From Schmidtea polychroa (Eukaryota), in contig CM097885.1 in the NCBI GenBank assembly GCA_044892525.1, forward strand, positions 34,784,001-34,844,000: a stretch of 60,000 nucleotides of DNA. Reading direction: 5' to 3'. The position numbers and the translations under genes are program-made. Shown one piece after another: positions 28,371 to 57,650 of this stretch. Below the pieces are notes generated by a model. It saw only the letters and a program-made list of their open reading frames with translations. It did not search any database and had not been told where the DNA came from. Each line of letters opens with the position of its first letter. Positions within the stretch are counted from its first letter, which is position 1.

Positions 28371-31300
28371 TTCCAGAATTAAAAAGAATTCAAGTTTGTT
28401 TTAATGCATCAATGCTGGCATACTGGCACACCGAAAACAGGGTATATATACCACCACATTTCGATCACAAGCTACATTTTTTTGCCAAAAAATTTTGTTC
28501 TTTGATTCGAATTTTGACCGAACCTGAAGCACTCGATAATAGTAAAAATGGGTTTATTTATTTCATGTATATCGATATAACCTTAATTTTAATGATAATT
28601 GATTTACTTTTTGTATTTGTTTTTGTTATGCTTGGAAGTAACTGAGTTCGGAGTGACCATAAAGATACACGGCCTCAGCTAGTTCCACCAATTAATATGA
28701 ATTAAATTAACATCAACGTCATTGTTGGGTCCATAATCCGCAATGACACAGTAGGTCAACGACCTAGCATGTATATTAAATTGAAAGAAATTTTCCACCA
28801 AAGATCCTACTGACTTCATGGTTTCGCGTCACGGAGGTAGTGGGTTAATTGATCCTGAAGTGTCCAACATAGTTTAGGCTGTGTTGGCTTAAATGAAATA
28901 AATAAACAGGTTCGGCGTTGAAGTACTTTTTGCTGCAACGTCGACCGCACTCAACACTAAGTCCTATCGTAGCGAGTACAGTGTGGCCACGAAAATAGGA
29001 AAGTTTTAATTAATACAACCATTTTCACCATGTAATGACACATTCAAACATACATCCAAAATCATATAATTTTCATCACACTAGGACTCAAAAAACGGAG
29101 GAAAGCTCCAGACTTAAAACGATCACAGTTCTACAACTAATTAACACTCAATCTATTCGATTACTTCTAACTTACGAAATTCTATTATATAATTACGCTC
29201 ATCACTGATTCACTGACTGATATAGATAGGGATATGAACGGTTGGAGAGGGTAAAGTCAATTTACGATAGTTTAGGGCCTTGCTTAGAGTTAGATAGTGT
29301 TGGGCCAAGCTCCGAAGGTGTTGGAAAAACGAACCGAGGAAGGGATAGAGTAAAATAAAATAAAAACATATAAAAAAAATACGAGAAACATAGGAGGAAA
29401 CAAATTAAATATCCAACAAAGAAATTAGAAAAACTAAATAAAATAACAAAACCTCTAAAGGAAAAATAAGACAAGAGGGAAGGCACCTAATAAACGACAG
29501 TAAAAGAAAAAAATAAAATAGCAGAAAATCTAAGAAAAATGAAGAAAAACAAAATAAAAAATCATCCATAAGGCTAATTAAAACAAAAAATGAAGTTACA
29601 ATAAAATAGCAACAAAACCACAGGAAAAACAGATAAAATAATAAAAAATAGGAAAATAAATAAAATAATAATAAAAATAGGAAAAAGTCATTAAAATACA
29701 CCGGATTACATTAAAAAACATAAAAATTATAATAAACAATAATATTACATGCAAGTCGCGTCCTGATTGGACGAAAAGTAATATATAAAGAGCGACAAAA
29801 ATCTGTAGAGTATCATTCTAACCCGAAACTCTACAGGTAAAATTTTATCCTTTATATAATCATTCTAACCCGAAACTCTACAGGAAAACTAGAAACCACT
29901 CACAAGCACAGATTATTGAACCATATTCATTCATCGGATAACATATACATTTAACGGAGATCGAATTCAGTTCAGTCGAACGAGTCTATCTAAAGAAAAC
30001 TTATATTATTTTGATCTAACACCTTCGGAGATTTTTGGTAAATTATGTTTTAGATTTTAGCATGATGATTTAAATATTTATTATGAATTTAAAAAGTCGT
30101 TTATAATTCAATAAATTTCATATTTTAAACGAAGGTGTTGCTTTCTCTCTATGATGCTGGCGACGGCGTCCTCTGGAGTCCGGGTATGATGCAGTTGGGT
30201 TTTTCGAACGTACTACGGAGAGGAAATTTACGAATATGAACTCGAGAAATTGAAGTGATAGAACCAGCCCAGGATCCATATGAATTTAGAAACTAAAGTG
30301 ATTACTTAATGAATACGAGATTTATGCTAACCAGAGTCATCATGCCCGGATTTCAAATGTCGTGGTCGCCAGGTGAACATTTATTTAATTGATTTTCTCA
30401 TAATTCCATTATTTCTATATTGATTTACTAAATAATTAAATTGTATTATTGCACATTTATTGAGAATGGAGTTGCGATGTGACGGGTCGAGTCGTCCTTC
30501 ACACCGGTCCAAGAGCAGTGGGCAGAGATGCGTACTGCCTTGGGTGGGTTGTGAGGAGCGAGGAAACCATGTGAGATTTAACAAATCAAGTAAATGATTC
30601 TTTCATCGAGTGTAATCCAACCATCTTAGTCGTCGAAAACCATCCATTGTAGCAACTTCTGAGTGACATAGTTTGAGACAACGATACTTTGGGAACTCCC
30701 AGAGGCATACCATTAGGTCTATCAGCAGCCTTGTATCCGATCACGTCATCAATAATCTTTGATTTAGAGCCATATTCGTCTTGCATTGAGAAAAATGACT
30801 GTTAGAATGTCTGCCGGAAGGAATTATTATTTTCGAGTTTTTACGAGAAATTCTCTATATTAAGCCCAGTTCGTATCTTGCAATCTGAAGATGCCTTAGA
30901 ATCTACACCGCCAGTAGGTTAGCGAATAGATCCATTACCTTGTTTGTCGTCGACTCCGAGGAGACTTAATGATCGACCAACGTCTAGCCGCTGTCATTGA
31001 TAATAGCTCGATTTAGACATGAAGGTAAACATCTCTGGATAGTAGACCGCCGGGAAATCGATTGATAAGATATCTGAAGCCTCAATTCTGAGCGAACGAG
31101 TTGACAGTCTTTATCTCAAAACCAATTAGTGGAGCAAAATCTAAATATAAAATCAATCTTATCTAGTAGATTCGCAATTAACCCACACAATTAGATTCAT
31201 GTGATTTCTGTGACACTCTCTCAGACTCCAACCTATCTAGAAAATCAGCCAGCGATATCATGTCTAGTGTGCAGATAGTGGATAGATTTACATCATAATT

Positions 31301-32028
31301 ACATAATGGTAGCAGGGGAGATAGCTAGGCTACCTGTACAATCCGATAGCGAGATTACGTCACATTGAATGGTAGAATTGCTGCCCAGTCCAAGAACACA
31401 CATCGATGATAAATCGTACAATGCATGCATATGAACCGACCCGACGACATCTGTTAGCATACATAAAAAGAAAAACTAATACGCCACTACTCGCAAACAA
31501 GCGTCGTCATGACGACATTTATGGCGTGAGATTTAAGATGATCAAACAGCAAATTATAATGAGACTTAAATTAAATTTTTGCGGTTCTTTTATGAAGCCG
31601 ATCACGATGTTTAAAACACCCATAGTCACCAGTCATACCGAACTAGGTTTTTGCGACACAACTCGCGCGTAATTTCATGAATATAGTAGCGCGGGGAGTG
31701 GGAATGCTATTGCTAAGGAAGGATAATTATAATAAATTCGACTGTGATAAATTAATAAAAGCACATTAATAAAAATGGCCAATTTCGGAAAATAAACATA
31801 AAGTCAAAGTTAGGATAAATGAATTATTTTGAGGAATTCCGTTTTCTTTTCTCTATCAGTATGGATGCTTGCAGACAAATGAGTGTAAATGTTGACCAGT
31901 GATATGGGCAAGTGGGTCATTGTCGAGTAGTATGATTGAAAATAGGGTAAAACTTGCAGTCAAAATATTTGGAAACGACACTCCAACGAATTTTTTTTCT
32001 ACAATTAACAAAACGTCTTGATCTTTAG

Positions 32029-32790
32029 ATGCCTGCTTCAACCGCTACGAACAAGGATCTTCGTCCATGCTTCTCCTGCGCAGATAAAGCCGCAGACATA
32101 GCACAACTCCACTTATATATCGGGGCACTGAAAAAGAGAATTGATCTCTATGAAGGCACGTGGTTCTCCCCGCCACAGATGAAGGAGGAGCGCAGTAAAA
32201 TTCTTCGGTTGGAACATTGCCGGGACAGCCTCCTAGAGGAGAGTCGCTGTCAAAGACTGACGATCAAGGCGCAATCGGAAGCCCTCCACAAGGTCTACAC
32301 GGAGGCAGAATTGGCCAAACGGATACGAGAATTTCCCGTCTTGGAGGCCAGCAATGTTTTTCCCGCTCACCACCAAAGTACTTCCACCGCTACAACCAGT
32401 TGTCTAGGGCACGGCTCCTATCTGCCGCCTGTTCCCGCACCGGCCTTATATAGTTGTCAGCCGCCGGTAGGTGGTCCATCCGACCCTATCTTGGCTCCAG
32501 TTTTAGTGACATCAGTTACAGCACCCGATGCGGACAACCATCAACCACAGCGTAAAAGGAAACGGCCGACCCGAGCCGCCAAAAATCAAAGACGTCGAGA
32601 TGCAATCGCGGCTCTCGAGGCGTCGTTATCTGTGGCCAAGTCTTCTCTGGAGAAGTTATCGTCAACACCCTCTACCCCCACAAAGGAGATATTCCGGGTG
32701 ATCTCGCCCGAAGGGGTCCAGCTCGTGCGAGACCGTCGGTTACCGGTCGACATCGACGAGATGATCGCCGAAGGGGAAGTTTTCCCATAA
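32029..32790 (+). CDS. Orphan coiled-coil protein (EGTWFSP family) with Pro-rich linker and basic NLS-like stretch
   Basis: 253-aa GC-rich ORF preceded by an acceptor-like CTTTAG; homologous to 37241-37600. Confidence 0.65.
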   Translation: MPASTATNKDLRPCFSCADKAADIAQLHLYIGALKKRIDLYEGTWFSPPQMKEERSKILRLEHCRDSLLEESRCQRLTIKAQSEALHKVYTEAELAKRIREFPVLEASNVFPAHHQSTSTATTSCLGHGSYLPPVPAPALYSCQPPVGGPSDPILAPVLVTSVTAPDADNHQPQRKRKRPTRAAKNQRRRDAIAALEASLSVAKSSLEKLSSTPSTPTKEIFRVISPEGVQLVRDRRLPVDIDEMIAEGEVFP

Positions 32791-34049
32791 TTGGACGTGT
32801 CGTTGACCCATCTCTCATCCGACGCGATCAGGCTCAACAATCTTTATAAATGACTTAGATGATGCGTATTTGTACTCTCCTACGTGTTGTGATTCTACAA
32901 TTTGTGTTCATATGTATCCTCAATTTCATTAATATAATCATAGTATTCGTTGTGTTGTCCCGTAAAAGTTATAGAGTGATGAGTTATGACTGGACGAATG
33001 GATTGGAATGATCATTGGAGAATGTGGGTCGTCCCCTTGGACCAGGGTCGTACCGAGAATACATGACGAGTAGGGTTAAGACCTTCTTAGGCACCGAGGA
33101 ACCTGAACTGAGAGGGGGTCCGTAGTAGTCCTAAGGCAGGGGCTCACCTGCGGACCAACTCCGACCCGTGTGAGCAGTACCAACGTGGGTAGATCATCAC
33201 GGGCTCACATGAGGGAATATTTGTAAATCATGCGGGTTATGTGGGGGAAGGGCCCCGAGCTAAAAGAACATGATGCCAGCCGCACTACGTATGTCCGTTT
33301 GACTCCTCCCATACGCCCAACAATAGTATAGGACGCCTCAGTCACTTTTATTTTTATAGATATTTCTGAGTTAGGAGAAATAATAGGATAGTTATGTCCA
33401 GTTGTCGGTAGACAAAGTAGGTTTAGGCAATCTTATAGAAACCACGAATAGTTAAGATATCCGATAGTTCAGGATTAGAAATACAGGCAGATCCCTGCTC
33501 AAATTTTTATGAGAAGTGTGGAAACATGTTTCTTAAATTGGGAATAAGGGCAGACCCCTGCTCAACTTTTTGAAGAATTAAGTCACATTTTCCACAAGAC
33601 CCGCCGAAAATACGGAACGACATTTATCGATAAATATTATAGAAAAACTATAATGATTTATGATAGGAAATTAAGGGCGCATTCCTGCACAAAATTTTGA
33701 AAAGAAACAATAAAAAACATCGAGAAATGAGGACCATAGCTGAATAAAATAGAAAAGTAGAAAGCAGAAATAGAAAATGATTAATGACGTAAGACCTTCT
33801 ATCGGCCGTCTAGAACCCGAAGAGAAAATACAATTGGGAGTAGTTTTAGCAATAGAGCTCACCTGCTCATTGTTTTTTCGCCTTTGTGTACATTACCAAC
33901 ATGGTCGTCGCCATGGATACACAAATGGTTTAAGGTGCAATAGTCGTGGAGGTGCTTAGGAAAGAGTCGTGTGAATATCTAAATTACCCTTGACGTATTT
34001 AAAATATAAAATGACACACCCCTAAGTAACCAACATATGGTACACAAAA

Positions 34050-34963
34050 ATAAAGTTAATAATCCTAATCTATAGAAGGGACAATCTTATATGTTATGAA
34101 GAAACTTAAGAATATAGATACTGAACTATCACTAAATTTATTAGAAATATTTAAAAATGAAATTGGGAAGTTGTGAAACGTAGAAATAGATATATGGTGT
34201 CCCTACTTATATTTTACATCAGGGAACTTACGTTAAACCAAACGAGAATGAGTTTTTAAAATATTCATCTAATTCTAGCCTTAGAAATTATGCCAAGCAA
34301 CTATTTCTAAGATTGTTTCCCCACAATGAATTTGAAAATTGTGAAGTTACAGAAGATTTAAAAACTGAAATAATACATTTAGAAGAAGATGAATTAACGG
34401 AATACGAAAATTTACAAAATTGTATTCAAAGTTTGGCTAGACCTAAGCAAGTTAAAGAAAATGAATTTAACATTGAAAGAGAATTTAAAAATCTTCAAGG
34501 AAATAGAGGGAAAAGAAGTGACGATATTTTTTGCTTATATAATGCATTGTTGACTGTAGCTCCAACATCAACCTCTTGCGAAAGAGTATTCTCGGTATCA
34601 GGAAACAAAATGACAAAAATACGAAGTCGACTAGGCGTAAATACGTTAAATGCTCTCGTATTTTTGAAATATTATTTCAATCAAAATATATAGATATTTA
34701 AATAATTAATATTTTGACTAAAAAGTATTTTTGTTTTGACTAAAATGTTTTTCTAATGTTTAATGGATTAATTTAATTTTATATTATGTTATACTTGTTA
34801 TAATGAACTGTTTTTGTTTTTAAATAAATGAGTATTTTTGATAACCTTTTGTTAAGAAATTATTTTTCCTAGAAATTATTTTGAGTACTCAAGTAACCGG
34901 TTAATTAAAAAAAAGGTACTCGACTACTCGAGTAATTAAAACTCGAGTAAAATGGAAACCCTA
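34050..34963 (+). mobile_element. hAT transposon 3' part; ORF 34313-34693 encodes the C-terminal dimerisation domain
   Basis: LLTVAPTSTSCERVFSVSGNKMTKIRSRLGVNTLNALVFLK, subterminal TACTCGA repeats and end TGGAAACCCTA. Confidence 0.85.
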
Positions 34964-35514
34964 CATAGGATCCAATGTTATACTTATTAACATAGTCTAA
35001 ATTTTCGAGATCAAGTTCTATTCTTCTATCTCAAATCTTAGGCTATACAAAGCTAGCAAATAACTGTATCGTTGTCAGTACCACTCATACCCACCTGAAC
35101 CCTGGTCAGATCTTAGGTCATTTGTAGGGTACGCAATAATCCATTTTCAATTCGCATTTGGTTAACGTCTGGGAAAATTTTATTATTATTCATAATATTG
35201 CTCCAAATATCCAAACCCTATTAACATCACTGATTTAGCCTAAGTATTATTATTATTATTATTAGTCGAATTATAATCCATTACCAAGCAACAAAATCAC
35301 CCGTCTCACCACCGTTACCCAATATTATCAACCTTAGTAATATTTTGGATGGAATGTCGTTACTATGATTGTTATTATTCCCATTAAAGTTATCATTATT
35401 ATCATTACTAAAATCACCACTACTAAACTATCATCATTATCACTTCGATAATTAGTACCATTATTAAATATTATCATAGATAGTTAAAACAAAATTACAT
35501 AGACTTATGAATCA

Positions 35515-35845
35515 TAAATATTACTTTTTGAAAAGAAACTGCAAACGTCTGTAATCTTGACCAAATTGATTGATCACTTTGTCCATTATTTTTCGCGTTT
35601 TTTTACTGTCATTGATTTGGTCACGATGAACACTCATCATGCAAAGTCCAGAAAGTCTATCTTCACACATTGTTGACCTTAGCCACGCTTTGACTCTTCT
35701 CAGTGTGATAAATGATCTTTCAACCGTGAAGTTGACACTGGCAAATTTTATTAATTTTTTTTGTCTTGAAATTTTCCAACATTGTTTGAGCGCATCTATT
35801 AAAATGTGTTTAAATTAATCGAAAAATAGAATGGTTTGGGAAATC
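35515..35845 (-). mobile_element. hAT transposase C-terminal fragment
   Basis: Nearly identical to 39712-40038; encodes ERSFITLRRVKAWLRSTMCEDR. Confidence 0.8.
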
Positions 35846-36496
35846 CATTTTTCACAATCAATGCTAACTGGAAGGCCGTAAATTATGCCTGGGACGATAG
35901 ACTACCACAATCTCTAAGCAGTATGAAGACTGCTACAATAGCCACAGCGAGTGACCTACATTAAAAATAGGGACAATTTCCACCAACTTGTACCTGAAAT
36001 ATTTATGAAACCAACATAACAAAATAAATTACCTTATAAAACGAGTAGCAATATGGATTGTGCCGCTGATGACCACCACAACTGAAGAAGAAGCAAGTCT
36101 TGTGAAAACAGAGTTCGACGCCAATGCTTTTTCCCATGCGTGGTCGAATCCAGCGGCAATTTCATAAGTAACCACATAGAAATGGAAAGAATAAAAATAT
36201 AAATATTAAAAATTGAAATTGCGTTGTTGTTATAATTTAATTTAATATAAAATTTTAATTCTTTCAATGGTTTTTCATTTCCATGATTCAAGAACTAGAA
36301 TAAATATTGGTTTTAGACTAAATTAATATAAAATTAAAAATTTAGACTGGTTGTAAATTTTTGGGTAGAATGATGTGATAAGGGGTCTAAGAATTTCGTC
36401 AGGTTAAACTTTCAGATAAAGCCCGACGCAACGAGCATTTTAACCAGAGTTAAGTAGATCAACTTGACAACTTTCGTTAATGAATATCGTTTAGAT

Positions 36497-36658
36497 ATGT
36501 CAGATGCAAGGAAATCAAACGAAGACTGGCAAGCTCGGTCAGAACAAGAGGCCAAAGATGCGCTTCCACCTCAAGAACCTAGCTCCAGAAAACGTGGCCG
36601 ACCTTGTAAATCGACAAAGCGGAACGAAGAATCGACTTCTCGATCCGGAATGAAATAA
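36497..36658 (+). CDS. Short charged ORF/exon with AT-hook-like KRGRP, possibly upstream exon of the 37241 gene
   Basis: GC-rich, MSDARKSNEDWQ...SRKRGRPCK; no canonical donor found. Confidence 0.3.
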   Translation: MSDARKSNEDWQARSEQEAKDALPPQEPSSRKRGRPCKSTKRNEESTSRSGMK

Positions 36659-37240
36659 TCAGGCTGAAATATTAAGATATCACGACTCCTTACCCTCAAA
36701 CTGTTATATTTTGTTTAGCTATTATTATACCTCGTGTTTATTTTTCTTTTATTTTAAATACCATGCCCCCATATGTAAACTTTTGTATTGTCTTAGCGAA
36801 TATTATATTTCATGTTAGTCTTTTACTTTATTACTTTTGCTAGGGGGTTAGAGTGAAACTGAATAGCGAGTGAGGGGTAGTAGAATCAGTGAAGACGGCG
36901 AAAGATCTGAGTGAAGCAATCAACTACCCTATACGGAATAGGGATAAGGTAGAAGCCAGTGACCCAGGATTTCCCATTGTGATCCTCACCAAATGCAGGA
37001 ACGACGTCATCGGGATGGGGCTTGGGTAGTAAAGAAACGCTAGTGAACAAGATTGATCAAGGGTTACACATATGATAGTGAATCGTTAGTAGAAATACCC
37101 GTAAGTAACATAAAAACGGACCGTAACAATGCATGCAAGTTCTGAAATGCATTTAAAATTTAATATATAGAATAAAATACCTGATGTTCTTGCAGATAGT
37201 TTAATGCTTTTAATTTGTAGGGATTGAACTCCTCTCAACA

Positions 37241-37600
37241 ATGCGGGAAGACCGAGAGAGAGCCGAACGTCAAATGGAGACACTTCAACACAGAGTAATC
37301 AAATTCAAAAAGCGGTACTGGGAACTGGAGGGCACTTGGTTTAGCCCCAGCGAGATACAGAAGAGGATGCAACTAATCCAGCAACTGCAACTACAAACTA
37401 CGCAAAATAAAACCGAGATCCGAGCCCTCAGGTTGCAAGTCCGGAGATTGGAGACGGAACTGCACCAGAAGGAATTAGACCGTGACGCGGCCGAACGGAT
37501 CCGTCCCATAGATGTGGAACTTGCAGAACTCCACCCGTCCATACCTTCTACGAGCCGAAACAAGAGAAACGCTCAGGCCGGAATGCGCGGAACTGATTAA
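37241..37600 (+). CDS. Orphan coiled-coil protein (EGTWFSP family), second paralog
   Basis: KKRYWELEGTWFSP and AERIRPIDV align with KKRIDLYEGTWFSP and AKRIREFPV of the 32029 ORF. Acceptor-like TTTGTAG at 37220, with the frame open from there. Confidence 0.6.
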   Translation: MREDRERAERQMETLQHRVIKFKKRYWELEGTWFSPSEIQKRMQLIQQLQLQTTQNKTEIRALRLQVRRLETELHQKELDRDAAERIRPIDVELAELHPSIPSTSRNKRNAQAGMRGTD

Positions 37601-38818
37601 AAGTGCTCGGTCGAACTTCCCGGGCAACAACGGAGATAGCTTGTCGCAGGGATGTTTTCCGCCTCTCAGAAGCTCGAGTCGAATAAACATCTCATACTGA
37701 CCTGATCCTTGATAAAAATGACCATTTTGTTGTATATGACTATGGTAGATTAATTAAATTAGTGTGTTAAGGTTTTACCTCAAATATTTCGAATTGAATT
37801 GGTTTTAGTATTCTTATTTATTTTTATACGACCACTGGGTCAGAGAGGGCAAGATAGATTGACTCCAGAACAATGAGGATCGGCACGAAGGGCAGCAAGA
37901 CCTGAAACAGTGAAAGAGCTCAAGCAATGTGACGAGTTATCGGGAACACAATCAAACGGTAGGGATCATTTAAAGCGGTATCGAGAAGTATCGAGAATCC
38001 ATTTGACTAATTACTAGAAGTTAAATGCTAATATTGTGGCCATACCTAAAATATTCGGTGGCCGATATACCATGAATCCAGAACAAGTAATTGTTTGTCG
38101 ACAATATATAGCATGTAACCAATGATCCATGTAATGCCAAGTAAAAACTTATTTTTAAACAACATATTTATTGCAATCGTTAATAAAAATATATTTAGTA
38201 AAATATGACTGAAAGTAGTTCAATATGTGATAGACATTAAGTTTCATACAAATTAGTAATTTGTTTTAATTAAGAAAATTCAGTGTAAATAGATTCTGTA
38301 TAATGAATGCCAACCTTTTAAAGGCTTCTTAACTAGCGCATTTACTAAATATGGAACTCGCTATTAATTGAATACTTCTAACAAATCTTTATTTATGTAG
38401 CAATTCTAGACTTAATTTTTTCAAATAACTGCTTTGTACTTTAGAATCTCTTAATGACCATGACACCATAGCATTTAACTGGTTTAATATATAATGGCTA
38501 TAGCAATGATTACATAACAATTTGTAATGAAATGTATTACATATTACTCACTTTACACAATTAGTTCAATTGGAAACGGTAACCTGTGATTATTTGAACA
38601 GTACTTGTCAAACTCATCTCATATTAAATGTTAGTACAACGTTTTCACTATTGAACACACACACAGACACACCGAACATTCATTGCATTGTACACACTTC
38701 ATTACATCATCACCCACGCGTGTGCACACATACAATGTACAGTAGTCTGGCAAATGGTAATCGAAATTTAAAACCATTATCAAATTAATGAAAACTCGTA
38801 TTAATTATTATAAAAGTA

Positions 38819-54002
<15,184 letters not shown>

Positions 54003-54032
54003 GTAATAATCATCAGTTGTGGAGCTATTATA

Positions 54033-54231
<199 letters not shown>

Positions 54232-54830
54232 GTATTTATTAAAAATGTTTACTATGAATCAGTAAATATATCAAAAACATCGATATATTAACTGATTCAT
54301 AGTCAAATTTTTTAATAAATACAATATCAATGGAAAAGAAATCAGTAGTGTAATTGAAAAAAAAGTTCTTATAATATTATTGTTATTATTAGTCTGTGAA
54401 TGATAATTTTGAACAGATGAATGACAATTTTACTGTAAAACAGTTCAAATTCATGATCTAAAATCCACAGACCCATAAGGTTGATCAATTTTAGTAAAAT
54501 GACCAATATTTCAACTTTAACGAATATTGGCATCTATATTCGTGAAATTACACGTGAAACTCACATGTTATAATATATTGGAATGTATTAAATAATGCTA
54601 ATTTAAATTATACATTTTATAAATTGGTTTCCGTATCTATTAAAGATTTTAATGATAATGTTTAGTGAAATTTTATTCATAAGAGGTGTTTAAGTTGAAT
54701 AAAATCTATACTTTCAATGAGTTATATAAGAAATTCTTTAAAATATTTCAAAATGTATGCAATATTGAAAGTTTTCCATTCGAATTTGACATTATTCTTA
54801 ATCAGTAGATATATATGACCTTCCTGCCTG

Positions 54831-55267
54831 ATTTTGGTACGCCCTTACTATTCAATAATTAGTCAATAGTTAACGAATATTTTCATTAATTATTTCCTTT
54901 TATTTTATTATTTTTATTTAATTAATTAATTAATTATTTATTTATTTCTTTATTTTGTTATTTTATTTAATTTATTTTAATTTAAATTTAAATTATTATT
55001 TCTTATCTGTAATTCTTATTACTCTTTTTTTACTAATTTACGCAAACTTATATATGAGCTTACGGAAGCAATTTGGTACCCCCTTACTACTCAATAATTA
55101 ATCAGAAGTTATTATTTTTTTTTATTTAATTAATTAATTATTATAATTTTATTTCTTTATTTATTTCTTTATTTTGTTATTTAATTTTATTTATTTTAGT
55201 TTAAATTTAAATTATTAATTCTTATTTGTTATTCTTAATACTTTTTTTTACTAATTTATGCAAACTG
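54831..55267. repeat. ~240-bp tandem duplication
   Basis: TTTGGTAC(G/C)CCCTTACTA...TACTAATTTA(C/T)GCAAACT occurs twice (~54831 and ~55071). Confidence 0.85.
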
Positions 55268-55399
55268 AGACAAAAATGTTCAAAATATAAAAATATATTA
55301 GTCAAACATATTATACATTTAATTCTAAAGAAAATCAATAAAAACAAATTTTTTAACAAAGATTTATTTAAATAGCAACTGGTATATCTTCAGCTGATT

Positions 55400-57050
55400 C
55401 TTTGAATTGCAAGAATGATGGATCCGGATCGAATTATTGAACAACAAATGAGACATCTCCCATATAATGCCCAAATGCCTAACTTTTATTTTTCCCCATC
55501 CAAACCCTTTTATCATCTGCTTTAGTAAGTGCAGTTGTTTCATTTTTTATGGTGAATAGCTGGTGATTTTTGCAAGTTATTTTAGTTTGCGGTATAGAAC
55601 AATTTGATTAGTATTATAACAATTCAGATATCACTGATGCTTTATGTCACTACCTTTCAGTGTTACACCTTTAGCTTTTTTAATCTCGAATCACCTAACA
55701 AACTATAGCACATTAGTCTAAGAAAACCCCAATCCTTATATTTAAGCCCTTTATTCTCGTTTTTGAACTTTCCAATGACAGAATCAAGGTTCCTACTGTA
55801 TAATGGATGATTTGGGTCATAATTTGAAGTGTCCAGCAAATTATCTCTGATCATGGCAGGTAAAAGAACATCAAACTTACAATTAACTACTTCAAGGAAA
55901 AATGAATACGTATCACTTACAACGATATTAATTTCACTGTTGAATTCGTTACGATATTTTTGTAACTCTTCATACTGCAGCTGATACATTCTAAGTTTAG
56001 ATAAGTCCAGTACAGTTTGGCAAATGTTGCTGGGTCTATCTAAACAAATAGCTTCCTTATTTAGCAAGACTGATATTAAGTCATTGTCAATTGCATAAGT
56101 CCTTTTAAACGATGGTTTAGATGTATATGTAATCAGCCTAGAAGCCGAATTGCAAAGCCCTAAATTCAGGTGTTTTTACAGATTCTCTACGGTCTTGCCG
56201 AAAAGACTATTATTTAATAACTTATAATAATTTTTATCCAAGGTATTACTCGATTCCGAAGTAAGTGGGGTATTGGTATTGATGTAATCTTTAAAAATAT
56301 TATCGTTTTTGAATTTAATTGCCATATGTACATGAATTAATTTTATACCAAAAGAAAGAAAAAGCTTGAGAAGTCTCCAATGAAGAACATAGTTCTTTTT
56401 GAGATGATGTATAAGCATCAACTTCTCAACTTTAGGGCCAGATGGACACATCTTTTCAGCGGCAACTGGAAAATCATCCAATTTGTCGTAAATCGAATTT
56501 CCAAATCAACCTCCAAGGTAAATTCAAATGGAAATACTTCGAAATCTGCAGATTCACAAAAATAAATTATTTTATTTAACTCTTCTCTATTGGTTACCCA
56601 TTTAAAATCCTTATATGGAAGATTTTGGCTTAAGGCCAGCCCATACAAATTATTTATATCAATGTAAAGAAGTTCTGTATTGTCGGAGGATACTACATGG
56701 TGTTTGTTTAACAAATGTTAATCCAACACGGATCCCTCCTTCGAAAAAATTATACATCTCCATATTTTGCAACAGCTCGATAGGAGATTTCAAAGTCACT
56801 AAAGCGGAACTCCAGCTCATGCCTGGAATTCCCAAGAAATTAAGAGGTTCAAGTCGATTATGTGCAATAGATTTTGAACGAAATTGTTGAAAATAGTCAG
56901 CTAGTAAGAAAACATCCAATTTAAGATATAACATCATGTAATCAAACAATGATTCACAATGAAATTCTTCCCAGATATGTTGTGCCCTTTTATATTCATC
57001 GGCCGTCACTCCTTCCCAAATTGTTGGTAAGTCATACATATCTTTTAAAA
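55400..57050 (-). pseudogene. Decayed Polinton PolB, C-terminal half, diverged subfamily
   Basis: Frameshifted ORFs with YLKLDVFLLADYF, YIDINNLYG, KLLNNSLFGKTVENL and LLDTSNY. Confidence 0.92.
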
Positions 57051-57059
57051 CTGTTACTG

Positions 57060-57650
57060 TTTGTCCACAACCAACGAAACTATTCGTAATTTCCGATGAT
57101 GAAGATGTTCATTCATCAAATGACGAAAATATTGTTCAATATGGTGGTTCTGATGAACCTTTAATTAAATTTAATTTGAATAAGGCACATTCTATTGTTA
57201 AAATGGTTTCTTTAAATTTAAATAAATTAATTATCCCTGCACCATTATTAACTGAATTAAATTCTGTTATACCCGAAATGGGATATGTTAAAATTCAATT
57301 CTGCATTGATGTAGAATTTGAAAAAGATGGACAATTTCAGTCTTTTATAACATCTAATTCGGCGAAACCCATGAGTTATACCCTTTTAGATGACAGTATT
57401 GCTCTTTTGAATGAAAAAATAACTCAAATCTGCGAAAATGGTAGTCAATTAATAAAATTAAGGAAATTAGTTTTAAATTGACAAAATATTCACGAATAAG
57501 TAGGTTGAGTGATCACGGAGGTATTAAAACTCCTCCAAAATTATCCTTAAAACATTGTACGGGTAATGTGAAAAACACTGGCGACATGTGTTTCATCAAT
57601 ATTATTTTGTCTATTAAAATATTATGAGGTTAGACATGACAGAAATAGAG
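57060..57650 (+). pseudogene. Decayed Polinton PolB N-terminal fragment
   Basis: VKIQFCIDVEFEKDGQFQSFITSNSA and TKYSRISRLS match 18500-18730. Confidence 0.85.

Noticed and set aside
30586..30786. YNGWFSTTKM as a third EGTWFSP paralog
   Set aside because: The similarity is too short and the downstream coiled coil is missing.
31926..31938. AGTAGTATGATTG identical to the element A terminus
   Set aside because: Only 13 nt with no further similarity; chance is plausible.
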